Positions 27,001 to 34,443 of a stretch of 64,000 nt of DNA are shown piece by piece. The first letter of the stretch is position 1. Every line of letters starts with the position of its first letter. The position numbers and the translations under genes were made by a program. Source of the stretch: a virus (lineage: Duplodnaviria; Heunggongvirae; Uroviricota; Caudoviricetes); IMG/VR virus record IMGVR_UViG_2630968876_000001, positions 1-64,000 of that record; one strand, given 5' to 3'. The notes under the pieces are model-generated. The model did not search any database. It saw only the letters and a program-made list of their open reading frames with translations, and was not told the origin of the DNA.

Positions 27001-27920
27001 AGCACGCTTGCTGCCTCAAGCGACGGTTCATCGCTGTCATGCACCAGCTGCGTCAGCGCCCCGGTGTGCTTTCGCAGCACCCACACATCCACCACCGTTG
27101 CGGTACCGCTCTCGGCAAACGTGCCGGACGGCATGCGGTGTGCGCCCAGGAACTCCGCCACGCGGGAAACGCGATCGCGCAGCTTTTTGTTAGCGCCGCC
27201 GCCGTCGGTCATGCCGTTTGGCACCACCAGCACCACCAGCCCGCCGTATTTCACCTTGTCGATGGTGCGCATCACGAAGTAATGCCCGACGTTGGTTTCA
27301 TCCCGGTAGGCCGGATCGAGCTCGGCAAAGCCCGTGCGCGAGTCGCCAAACGGCACGTTGCCGACGGCATGGTCATAGCTGTTGTCCGGTACCGACGCGG
27401 CCAGCTTCTCAAACGCGCCCATGCGCACGTCATCTTCCGGGTGCAGCAGCTGGTTAATACGTCCTGACGTGTCGGAGATCTCCGCAGACGTCATCATTGC
27501 GCCGGCGGGCTTGGTTTCCTGAAATACGCCCGTGCCGGCGGACGGCTCCAGCATATGACCGCCGGTAATGCCGTAGTCCGCAAACAGATCCCATATTCCC
27601 TCCGCCATAAACGGCGGCGTGTAATATTCGTACTGACTGCCGCCGCCGCCCTCCAGACCACCCTCGCCGCTGTACCCGGCCAGAATCCGGCGCTGTTCAT
27701 CGGTGAGTTTGTTCCCGTCAAAACCCGCCGGCAGCGAGTTAAGCAGGCTCACCGCGTTATCATTTGCGGTGCGGCGCTCGCGCTGCAGGCTTACCCCTTC
27801 CCGTTTTGTGACGCCAAACGCCACAACGGTTCGCTGTTTGTGCAGACGCATCACCAGGCGGATCAGATCTTCGACCGTCCCCGCTTCCTGTATGGCCTTA
27901 TTTGCTGAGTTTTCCACCAA
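21048..27920 (-). CDS. darB: DarB-like giant antirestriction protein: N6-adenine DNA methyltransferase domain plus SNF2/DExH helicase domain, 2290 aa
   Basis: MTase motif I LEPSAGTGVF and motif IV NVPFG near the N-terminus. Helicase motif I GFGTGLGKTTTALAL, motif II ADEGHNYRN, and C-terminal helicase motifs. Size and architecture match P1 DarB (2255 aa). Confidence 0.88.
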   Translation of the reverse strand: MVENSANKAIQEAGTVEDLIRLVMRLHKQRTVVAFGVTKREGVSLQRERRTANDNAVSLLNSLPAGFDGNKLTDEQRRILAGYSGEGGLEGGGGSQYEYYTPPFMAEGIWDLFADYGITGGHMLEPSAGTGVFQETKPAGAMMTSAEISDTSGRINQLLHPEDDVRMGAFEKLAASVPDNSYDHAVGNVPFGDSRTGFAELDPAYRDETNVGHYFVMRTIDKVKYGGLVVLVVPNGMTDGGGANKKLRDRVSRVAEFLGAHRMPSGTFAESGTATVVDVWVLRKHTGALTQLVHDSDEPSLEAASVLWPTFIRGKWFETEGRRFVHGETERSDFNNILVVKKDGQLTNAAMKAALSRRFDSRIDWDRLGTPAAVWQSPVEGDKRLMAGVWHTYDGTRFVKDSTTASSGIDAERFGAATFGDLQTKTRTINGMLSLDSRALYAASVEYPQLFDDRIHAAIRFAMQQKPGHRWRVMRASIIGLRINDALDTQMLGGDASGIIADAARLVSEEVGQYGTPKGLKLAGLSDASAKGWLSFQANVSREGDLSALLNGTIDRSEAVAVDFASPEQVVSHLFSDVDLVPVALAAFRAAFKGELPEDDEALLAHLATFPEIALDGNGNIMPLARATTGNVRGKVSRLAALINDAPDGPVKANYVRQLETINEKRNHTPIEDITVNLNARWLDRRLIKEFLIDQGFDDFKYTQDLENENGYLTAEDNYAGKDGVFSGYQVRSVTGKGGVTEFKRASYKDGFYNQLENYLNGVKPRGVNANVYLKRISGLEAQFNHWLRTHPDVESVVSDYNDAFNGYVPFEHSSASLQLQQISGKRIPLSYQNAEVRRLSEDGRGIMGFGTGLGKTTTALALEAYNYEVGRSKRTVYVVPKAVLQNWYHEAHGFYSAEAFEKILFVGLDEVRGDDGQIMQAPERDENNEPKLDKDGQPVMRNVVKESAAATVLERMNMIPVSNYRAVVMTKEQFGDIPMRPETIEENSSQAVFNQIENGRTDLMKSTHRAATSRNKLRDKAADTGTKKKSQIPYFEDMHFDSVIADEGHNYRNSHSAGREAGQLAYLPNPSVSKTARDMAVKSQYMMKKFNGRGVVMLTATPLVNSPIDAFNMLSHVVSLEEWKAMGILTPDDFVRVFGETDTVTVQKISGELEDKQGLVGFKNLDGLRGIFHRWTTLKSAADVKDSVKIPGLDEKTVGVPMTRDQQALYEELRLRASRIGQKESVQDNGDGTVSIVQNDDDFIFSVIRDMDKVVIDPDLYRSAITFRFREEDLEKVKQVARALPGEAGGVLLAGDEEEVAEDAESGLTDTRTSKVVKTTLKNRGGVVELVVSDTLEQQVLDAIAAAGIDMQHVSHPVPPKYAALIENLKAGLPDGKQIIFMDEKTQHNKLRRIIASALGLQEQQIGIINATTVAKASGVKVKPVKKPAEPVEKADGSFKEGAWDKYYQELARYEDYQAALNDASLAGMEGIAADYNEGRTPIIICNKKAEVGINLHKGTADTHHLTLPWTPASIDQRNGRGARVGSERDSMRVHYYCGKGSFDEFRLETLQRKKNWINDVMKSDVSSMKNGDVESKEEQSLLLAANPEERRARVDAQLKAKREAERQQAEREAAAALDIYLKASVAAATPTEVLEANIADFSAAFDEINGSIDGLRADVTDAETAYNTELEKYGKRSADNWRGQDRRNARAALKEGLAKQKKLEQELNGARKALTRSKSAASTIKRSRGEVERAILSGALEVDPDVLRAPEQYMKLAGGQLVRIGACYEIWMDDDKQEKGVFQIRKFFPEKGTVEVELIHKPLRCYTRPDIGGFTEMPADLVGDRVEITTDQAKALQKAAKGIDPVSLADTLSRADFYAAIRAGVMNVKADAWMYRDAAGELKHEYIHAGITVRDSIKAEDWLYPDHGDEQLKRELYQYSLTRNLYSVQAVFKAVFGGNYNTAMQGYGEQAGMEDVVKVFSQLVAEFEAGDAQGRKVTGATDAEAKAYFLGASQDSYFWSNSISIRQFRNAMSGFSNSNEYEAMFNQLRDGMGQSKVKAVRALADQYAAAALQQFRQYTPESIQATIATVLDKTRHEAMGDIDNAANVTESPAAQFLRASVALGDLSESDVTAETFLSSRTVKALVGGLYTFLEQMEEGGYRDHAPTWTDYKALMTGKLSPEELAERRASANLAATTAATAVRAEQAQKQASGFQVLKNEQELVASRKWKNRTFKIDFPAGGAYVLTDTSDKPVLKRKAVRDLMKEKYGAKFWNFEADPVAGNEFTQPAWLIPSSHDLDALRADIENA

Positions 27921-27980
27921 TCATCCTTATCTACAGATTGCATAAAGCTAATACACTCTACATTCTAAATTGTTAATGTT

Positions 27981-29690
27981 TTGCAGAGGTATATTTTGGC
28001 AAAGAAAAATAAAACGCTTTCCGTATTGAGCGCGCTCAGGCAGGCATTCAGGGGCGCAGATGCTGACGCGCCTGAAAGTTTGCCGTGGAGTAACGGACAA
28101 AACGTCGTGGTGTCCCGTTCCGGGCTGGCTGCACTGGCGTATCAGGAAGGTAAGGCAGGTGAAATGACCACGGCCGGCGACAGCCTCTACCTCGGCGCAG
28201 AGCTGCCGCTGGACCGGCTGCAGCGTTACGCCATTCTTGAGGAAATGGCCAACAGCCCGACCTGCTCCGCCGCGCTGAATATCCACATTGGCCACGCGCT
28301 CGCGCCGGACAAAAAGACCGGGCTGGCGTTCTGCATTGCTCCGGTGGACCCGTCGGACAAAGAAGGCGCGGCGCGGGCAAAAGAGCTGCAGGATGATTTG
28401 GGCGCGATGATTAACAGACACCTGCCGTCACTGGCTATGACCATGGCGATTTTTGGCGTCGCTTATGTGCGTCCCTATGCCCGGACCGGCAGCGGGATCA
28501 CCAGCCTGGAAAACAGCTATTACTCGCTGCCCTACTTTGTGCAGGAATTTTATAAGGGCGATCAGCTGGTGGGCTTCGGCGGGGATTACGTGCTGTCACC
28601 CGATACGCATACCCGCACGCTTTCCTCGCCGTGGTCTCTGGTACCCATGAAAAACCCGTACTGGACGCCCACGCGTAACGTGCAGCCCATAACGTCCGGC
28701 AACCGGGGCTATTCGCTGCTGAGTGAAGAGGAGGATAAGGAAGTTGCGGAGACGCAGAACTACGGTACCAGCTTCCTCGCGCACGCTTATGAGCCGTTCC
28801 TCAACCTGACGGGTGCCCTGAATGCGCTGAAAGCCACGCGCTACAACGCTGCCAAAATTGACCGCCTGATTGCGCTCACCACCAACTCACTCGACCCGGT
28901 TGTGGGTGCCAACTACACCCGCACCGTATCGCAGACGCTTAAACGCCACGGCGAGGCGCTGCAGAAAAAGGCGGTGAACGGGAACACCATGCCAACCGTG
29001 ATGAACCATGTGATCCCGGTTATGGGGGATGGTAAAAACGGGATCACGATTGATACGCAGTCGATACCCGCGGACATTACCGGCATCGAGGACGTGATGT
29101 TTCACCTGCGCCAGCTGTGCGCCGCGCTCGGTATTGATTCAACGATGCTGGGCTGGGCGGATCAGATGGCAGGCGGGCTGGGGGAAGGCGGCTGGATTCA
29201 GACGGCCATACAGGCGGCGCTGCGGGCGCAGTGGCTGCGCCAGGGTGCGCAGGAGATGATTTACCGGCTCATAGATATTCACCTGGCGTTCAAATACGGC
29301 AAGGTTTACCCGGTGAATGACCGGCCCTACGTTGTACAGTTTAACTCCATGAACACGGCGATTCAGGAAGAAGAAAGCCGTGAAATGGACGCGCGCGCCA
29401 ACTTCATTACGCTCATGGTGCAGGTTATGGACGCGCTGCAGGCCAACAACAAGCTGGCGGAGAATGACACGTTCATGCGCTACCTGTTCAGCGATCAGCT
29501 GAAGATGGACGGCGGAACGCTGGATAAGATGCTGGCGGAGTTCAGCAAAAGCCGTGACAAGGCCGATGCGCAGGAGGATGACGCCGGCAGCATGATGAAC
29601 GAGTCAGCGCCAAAAGGCGACGATCCGGCCAGCTGGACGCATGAGGAGCTGGTGGCGTTTGCCCGCTATGTTGTCAGGCCGGAAAGTTAA
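27981..29690 (+). CDS. putative portal protein (Prt-like), 569 aa; start codon uncertain (TTG at 27981 in the ORF track)
   Basis: Divergently transcribed from the darB-like gene, as prt is adjacent to darB in P1. Size matches. No motif verifiable by eye. Confidence 0.45.
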   Translation: MQRYILAKKNKTLSVLSALRQAFRGADADAPESLPWSNGQNVVVSRSGLAALAYQEGKAGEMTTAGDSLYLGAELPLDRLQRYAILEEMANSPTCSAALNIHIGHALAPDKKTGLAFCIAPVDPSDKEGAARAKELQDDLGAMINRHLPSLAMTMAIFGVAYVRPYARTGSGITSLENSYYSLPYFVQEFYKGDQLVGFGGDYVLSPDTHTRTLSSPWSLVPMKNPYWTPTRNVQPITSGNRGYSLLSEEEDKEVAETQNYGTSFLAHAYEPFLNLTGALNALKATRYNAAKIDRLIALTTNSLDPVVGANYTRTVSQTLKRHGEALQKKAVNGNTMPTVMNHVIPVMGDGKNGITIDTQSIPADITGIEDVMFHLRQLCAALGIDSTMLGWADQMAGGLGEGGWIQTAIQAALRAQWLRQGAQEMIYRLIDIHLAFKYGKVYPVNDRPYVVQFNSMNTAIQEEESREMDARANFITLMVQVMDALQANNKLAENDTFMRYLFSDQLKMDGGTLDKMLAEFSKSRDKADAQEDDAGSMMNESAPKGDDPASWTHEELVAFARYVVRPES

Positions 29691-29705
29691 TTTCCGGAAA
29701 AACTA

Positions 29706-29745
29706 AAAAGGCCGCACACAAATTCACAGGGGGTGTGCGGCTTGA
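29706..29745. terminator. bidirectional terminator (9-bp stem gccgcacac/gtgtgcggc)
   Basis: Hairpin between the convergent 27981-29690 (+) and 29823-30131 (-) genes, with an A-run upstream. Confidence 0.65.
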
Positions 29746-29822
29746 TAAAATACGTCATCAAAAGCAGATATAAAAACTGAAGGAAAATATATCTGCGCTC
29801 CGGGATGATTAATGCCCTGCCG

Positions 29823-30131
29823 TTAACTGTTATCCAGATGCTTCACCGGTCTGAATATCTTTTTTTCGGCAGGTTTTTTAGGTTTCTTCGGGGCATTAAG
29901 CACCAGGTATTCATTCTGCCCTTCTTGTTCGTCCGGTCTGGTAATACAGAACGGACAAACCTTAACGCCCGAAAAATGTATTCCGGCTACGGTCAGCGCC
30001 TGATTCAGCGTATAGCAGCTGCCGATAAAGGTGCGCTCCTCAATGGACGGCAGCTGCGGGCAGTCCACGCGGTGCAGGAGCAACCCGGACGGGAAATGGT
30101 CGCTGACATAAAACTTCATAGCCTTGTACAT
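29823..30131 (-). CDS. small Cys-containing (possible Zn-ribbon) protein, 102 aa
   Basis: CPQ...CPFC pairs. Confidence 0.35.
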   Translation of the reverse strand: MYKAMKFYVSDHFPSGLLLHRVDCPQLPSIEERTFIGSCYTLNQALTVAGIHFSGVKVCPFCITRPDEQEGQNEYLVLNAPKKPKKPAEKKIFRPVKHLDNS

Positions 30132-30673
30132 GCTTCATCCTCTTGCTGCGTGCATAAAACGTCCATGTTGAATATGAAACTTTTCAGCGTAAATTTACGC
30201 GTAAAAAGTTTCCGCAAAAGCTACGTGATTTTTATTTAACTTCATCAACACATTAACTAAATTGCGTTAACAGAAAATAACATCATTAATTTAATTTAAA
30301 GAAGCACTTTTTTCAGGTCTAAATTAATGTCCAGCCCTTAAAGAGGGGGGATCAAAATGTCTCTTTTAATGGTACACAATCTGTAAGCGTATGATTTTTA
30401 CCACCTCGGTTACATTTACAGGTAAAAGGCATCCTGAAGCATTAGGAAAAACCCCACTGAAAAAAAACCAGACGTTTTCTGAGTGCTTTATTTCCCCTCT
30501 CGCGCCACGGGCTCACTCTCTCAGTATTTCTGACTTAAACGCAGGCTTATGAGCAGAATATTTGCCGCTTCACTTTTTCCATACAAAGATGATAATCCAC
30601 TCTGGCAACAATCTGTAAGCAAAGCCGTTGTGTGGTCAGACCATCTGATTAGATAAACTTCTGACTCCAGCTG

Positions 30674-30931
30674 TCACTCTGTAACCCGGATAATCTGCCA
30701 GTCCTCGGAAGTCAGATCTGCAGGCGACGGAACGTAAACAGACAGCCTGCCGGACTCGTTCATGAAGATGAGACTCAGCAGATCCTGCGCGTCAGCCTGG
30801 AAAGATACGTGACGGGGAGTGTTGCCCCACCGTGCGCGGCGGCAAATAACACCAGCGTTCTCGCAGATAATTGAAATAGCCTGGCAGTACAGATACGCCG
30901 CAGGGGGTGGCGCGTGAGGGATATCAGACAT
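30674..30931 (-). CDS. hypothetical protein, 85 aa
   Basis: ORF at the edge of an AT-rich non-coding region. Confidence 0.3.
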   Translation of the reverse strand: MSDIPHAPPPAAYLYCQAISIICENAGVICRRARWGNTPRHVSFQADAQDLLSLIFMNESGRLSVYVPSPADLTSEDWQIIRVTE

Positions 30932-31324
30932 GGTGTGCTCCCTGTGCTTTGAGAAGCGTCACGACAGGAGGTTCCAATCTCCGGGTGGTGACGTTGACAG
31001 GGTTGGAACTACCGGTGCACAAGAAAACCGGCCTACCCGAAGGTAGCCCCGCCAACGCCACCATAGATACGCCCGGAATTTTCCGGACGTGGTAGCGCCG
31101 AAGGCACTGTGTGCCAGCTCTCATGCTTTTTCAGGGTTCCAATCCCGGCCACTGTTTTGCAGCGGCGCGCACACTATATCCGCCGCGCTGATAAATTCAA
31201 TATGTCTAATGTGAAATTATCCACTGGTCATTAGATCCACGCATGAATCAAGAAAAGTTACCTACGCAAATTACAACCTTCCTACCATCAGTCCGCGCAG
31301 GCAATCGCCAGCGCTGCCGCCGCT

Positions 31325-32362
31325 TTGCGGGGCATCACCTGTAGTTATGAGGACAACATGAAAGCACTCCGCACGGTAACGGATCGTTTTTCACTCATTG
31401 ATAAAATTCGTCGTTTCACGCCGCAAAATGATCGCAATTACCTGCTGCGCTCGGTCCGGGAAACGTTCAGCAGCCCGGAAACGCAGGAACGTATTCAGCT
31501 GGGGGAAATGTTCGGCTACTACGGCCACGGACGACGCGCCGCCTACTACGCGAAAACCGGACGTCTGAACCTGCCGGAATTTGCCGTTGTCATGGTAGAC
31601 GGCAAGCCGGTGACGATTGAAAACGTGCCTTCAAACCGCACGCTTGAAGCCAGCGTTGATGATAACGGAGTGGTCACTCACGTTCAGGAGATTCTGGACA
31701 CCGATCCGGGCAACATTGTTGATGGCATGAGCCGTTCACGCGCCGGCGGCTGGTCATGGGCGACCGGCGGCGACGATAACGCCGTGTCAAAAGTCACCAG
31801 CTTTCACGGGTTCGACTATGTGACCGTTCCCAATTACATCAGCCTGGAGCATCCATCAGCCATGCTGGAATCAGCCAGCGATCGTGAAAGTATGATTTGC
31901 GCAGGGCTGGTGGAAAAAGGGTATTCGGAGAATCAGGCAGCTGACATTTTCCAGCACTTTGAAAGCATGCGCGGCCAGGCAGCAATGTTTGAATCGGGGG
32001 ATGCATCTTTGCTGGAATCGGCGCTGCACATCGAGCACGGCAAGCGACTGGAACTGGAGGATCGGCTGCGCAGCGCCAATCTGATGATTGAGAACGCCGG
32101 CAACGTGGCAAAAGCCCGCCGTAAAGTTATGAAAGAGGCGCTGGCCAGCCTGCCGCTGTTTATCAGTAAAGAGCAGACTGCCGCGCTGTGCCGGATGGAC
32201 ACACCGGAAGATGCGCAGATCGTCGCCGCCATGCTGGAATCCATCGGATCAAACGTTACGGCTACGCTTCCTATTGGCGCGCAGCAAAAACATTCGCTTC
32301 CGCAAACGCGTCAAAAAGCGACGGAATGTAACCCGCTTTTATGGATAAATTCAGTAAAATAA
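31325..32362 (+). CDS. hypothetical protein, 345 aa, upstream of the rep gene (KilA-like position; function unknown)
   Basis: Long ORF followed by a terminator hairpin at 32379-32400. Confidence 0.5.
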   Translation: MRGITCSYEDNMKALRTVTDRFSLIDKIRRFTPQNDRNYLLRSVRETFSSPETQERIQLGEMFGYYGHGRRAAYYAKTGRLNLPEFAVVMVDGKPVTIENVPSNRTLEASVDDNGVVTHVQEILDTDPGNIVDGMSRSRAGGWSWATGGDDNAVSKVTSFHGFDYVTVPNYISLEHPSAMLESASDRESMICAGLVEKGYSENQAADIFQHFESMRGQAAMFESGDASLLESALHIEHGKRLELEDRLRSANLMIENAGNVAKARRKVMKEALASLPLFISKEQTAALCRMDTPEDAQIVAAMLESIGSNVTATLPIGAQQKHSLPQTRQKATECNPLLWINSVK

Positions 32363-32601
32363 AGGGGATAAGGAGAGTACGCCCTATACAGGGCGTTTCT
32401 CGGAGCGGATTCTAAAACACCGGAAAATTCTTACCTGTGTTGATCCTTTTACAGATCACGTTTATTATCCGCGTTCTGACCAAGCCGGTAAGCCTGATCA
32501 GAACAAAAAAAATCGCCTGCTGGTAACAGCCGATTTTTCTACAACTTTATGTGGTTAGCGCCACAACGGCATTGCGCCGTACTACTTACAGGAGTAAATC
32601 A

Positions 32602-32674
32602 ATGGAAATATCCATTCACAGGGAAAGAGATAACCAGGAACGATTAACCATTCACAGGGAAGGAAATAACCAGT
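32602..32674 (+). CDS. 24-codon leader ORF (MEISIHRERDNQERLTIHREGNNQ) translationally coupled to the rep gene
   Basis: SD ggagt 7 nt upstream of the ATG; stop TGA overlaps the GTG start of the rep ORF (cagTGAag / GTGaag). Sequence is formed by two 26-bp direct repeats. Confidence 0.3.
32612..32673. repeat. two 26-27-bp direct repeats (ccattcacagggaaRgaRataaccag) abutting the rep start
   Basis: Copies at 32612-32638 and 32648-32673; candidate iterons and/or a leader-peptide repeat. Confidence 0.6.
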
Positions 32675-33560
32675 GAAGATAGTAGCTAAAAACGCCGATC
32701 ACGGCAACACTTTTCCCTCGCTTTGCTCAGATAATAAGCAAAACCCTGTACGAATTACCGGGTATGATTTCACCCACGTTATTGAGCTTTCACCTCTTCC
32801 AAAATCACTCACTCGCGTACTGAAATTCGCGTGTAATCTGGCGTGTTCAACGTCCAGATTTGAGATCATCAAATCCCTCAGCACCCTGGCAGAAGAAGCA
32901 GGCGTGAGCGTTTCTACCGTACAGCGCGCTTATCGCCTGGCGGTTAAACTCGGCATCCTCACTCATGAGGAGCAGCGCTGCAAAAATAACCACAAATGGA
33001 GTAAGCCCAGCAAGTACACGTTCACCAGCAAAGCACTGGCTTTTGTACAGGCGAGTCTGGCTGAACTGAAAGCGGCTAATCTTCAGCCTGCGGGGCGTCA
33101 GAGTCTTGTCCGGAGAATCGTTGCTGACACCTTCTCAAAATTAAATTTCACCCTCGCTACCCCTAGTCAGAATGAACAGGCTACCCCTGGTCAAAATGAC
33201 CAACAAGAAGTAAGAGATCTCTCCAGAACAAGAGAAACACAATACAGTGAGTCAGCAATTTCGGAATCGAAAGAGATTGCGCCAGAGCCACCAGCACCAG
33301 AGAAAAAATTCGGGATTTATCAGGAATCACTGCAAAGCCTGGCAGCAGGATCAGCAGCAGCAGACAAAGAGCGCCGCGCAGAGGCATACCAGCGCAACGG
33401 CCAGCTGATGCACAAGGTGTACGGCTACATCAAATCCACGTTTAAGCCCAAAGCAGCTGCAGGCCGGAAACCAGAAAGCCGCCGCCAGACGGGTGATTTC
33501 GCCGGCGACGGTCTGAAGCACGATAATTACGCGATCCCGGAAGGGTTCAGAGGCGCTTAA
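32673..33560 (+). CDS. repL: RepL-like replication initiator (winged-HTH), 295 aa
   Basis: HTH LSTLAEEAGVSVSTVQRAYRLAVKLGIL resembles the RepL-family recognition helix. Size near P1 RepL (281 aa); preceded by direct repeats. Confidence 0.5.
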   Translation: MKIVAKNADHGNTFPSLCSDNKQNPVRITGYDFTHVIELSPLPKSLTRVLKFACNLACSTSRFEIIKSLSTLAEEAGVSVSTVQRAYRLAVKLGILTHEEQRCKNNHKWSKPSKYTFTSKALAFVQASLAELKAANLQPAGRQSLVRRIVADTFSKLNFTLATPSQNEQATPGQNDQQEVRDLSRTRETQYSESAISESKEIAPEPPAPEKKFGIYQESLQSLAAGSAAADKERRAEAYQRNGQLMHKVYGYIKSTFKPKAAAGRKPESRRQTGDFAGDGLKHDNYAIPEGFRGA

Positions 33561-34048
33561 TCAGTAACTGTGCCACCAGCGTCACGATAGGCAGTCAGCA
33601 GCGTATCAAGCGCGTGCGTTTTCTGACCATACGGCGATCCGGTGAGCGACGCCCAGATATCGTTGGTTTTGCCAATGGCCGTGCGGATTCGTCCGGCGTG
33701 AACGTCGGCATACGCGCCCTGCTCTTTCAGCAGCTGGTCAAGCAAGCGCTCCTGTGACGCGGGGCTGAAGTCAGGCAATTTCAGCTGTTTTTTGTAGACC
33801 GGCCAGTAGCGGTAAAGCTGCTGATAGCGCCCTGCTGCAGTTGAGGCCAGACCATGCTTATTGAGTTTTTTCGGGCTGCGATTCGTGAACGGGTGATCGG
33901 TGAAGTCGGTGAAGATTTCGCCCAGCTTGTCGCCCAGCCCGGTCACGATAACGTCATAGCCAAGCATGCGGGTTAACGGGTGAGTACTGGTGCCTTCTGA
34001 GAACGCCAGCATGTCGCCAAAGGCTTTACGGTTTGCGGATTGCTCCAT
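33557..34048 (-). CDS. R: endolysin, lambda R-type lytic transglycosylase
   Basis: Alignable to lambda R: RKAFGDMLAFSEGT vs RKAFLDMLAWSEGT; GYDVIV; AGRYQQLYRYWPVYKKQLKLPDFSP vs AGRYQLLSRWWDAYRKQLGLKDFSP; IWASLTGSPYGQ vs IWASLPGAGYGQ; C-terminal AGGTV. Confidence 0.9.
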   Translation of the reverse strand: MEQSANRKAFGDMLAFSEGTSTHPLTRMLGYDVIVTGLGDKLGEIFTDFTDHPFTNRSPKKLNKHGLASTAAGRYQQLYRYWPVYKKQLKLPDFSPASQERLLDQLLKEQGAYADVHAGRIRTAIGKTNDIWASLTGSPYGQKTHALDTLLTAYRDAGGTVTD

Positions 34049-34084
34049 TGTGATACCACTCTGTAATGATTGAGAGCGGGACTG

Positions 34085-34104
34085 TATGGAGTTTGTAATT
34101 TGCG
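34085..34104 (-). promoter_or_regulatory. late-promoter-like conserved motif (GGAGTTTGTAATTTGC) ~42 bp upstream of the endolysin gene
   Basis: One of six copies of the same element at similar distance from minus-strand operon starts. Confidence 0.4.
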
Positions 34105-34140
34105 GTGGGTGAAAAAAGGCCGCATTGCGCGGCCTCCGGA

Positions 34141-34443
34141 TCAGTTAATTTCTTCTGGCTCGGGGATCTCGCCAGGATGCTCAATCATGCTTTCCGGCCA
34201 GTCGAACGTTACGCCGGCTGCATTAAGCGTTGCCAGCAGCGTGCCGCTGTCGCAGGCGTCGATATCGCTGCAGAGCCCATATTCGGTCGCCTGTCCGGCC
34301 AGATAAACAATGGCGGCAACGTCCAGCCGCTTCAGATCGCCGGTTACGGTAAAGGATTCCCGCTCCTGCGGGTCTGGCGTGTCGCTTTCAAATACCAGCG
34401 AAAAGTTGCGGGTTCCGTGCTGCATGGGGATCGTGAGTGCCAT
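34141..34443 (-). CDS. hypothetical protein, 100 aa
   Basis: ORF; stop overlaps the start region of the upstream 970-aa gene. Confidence 0.45.
   Translation of the reverse strand: MALTIPMQHGTRNFSLVFESDTPDPQERESFTVTGDLKRLDVAAIVYLAGQATEYGLCSDIDACDSGTLLATLNAAGVTFDWPESMIEHPGEIPEPEEIN

Noticed and set aside
31325-32362. Calling the 345-aa gene the head protease Pro (P1 order darB-prt-pro)
   Set aside because: No protease catalytic motif recognisable by eye and it lies directly upstream of the RepL-like gene (kilA-like position). Left as hypothetical.
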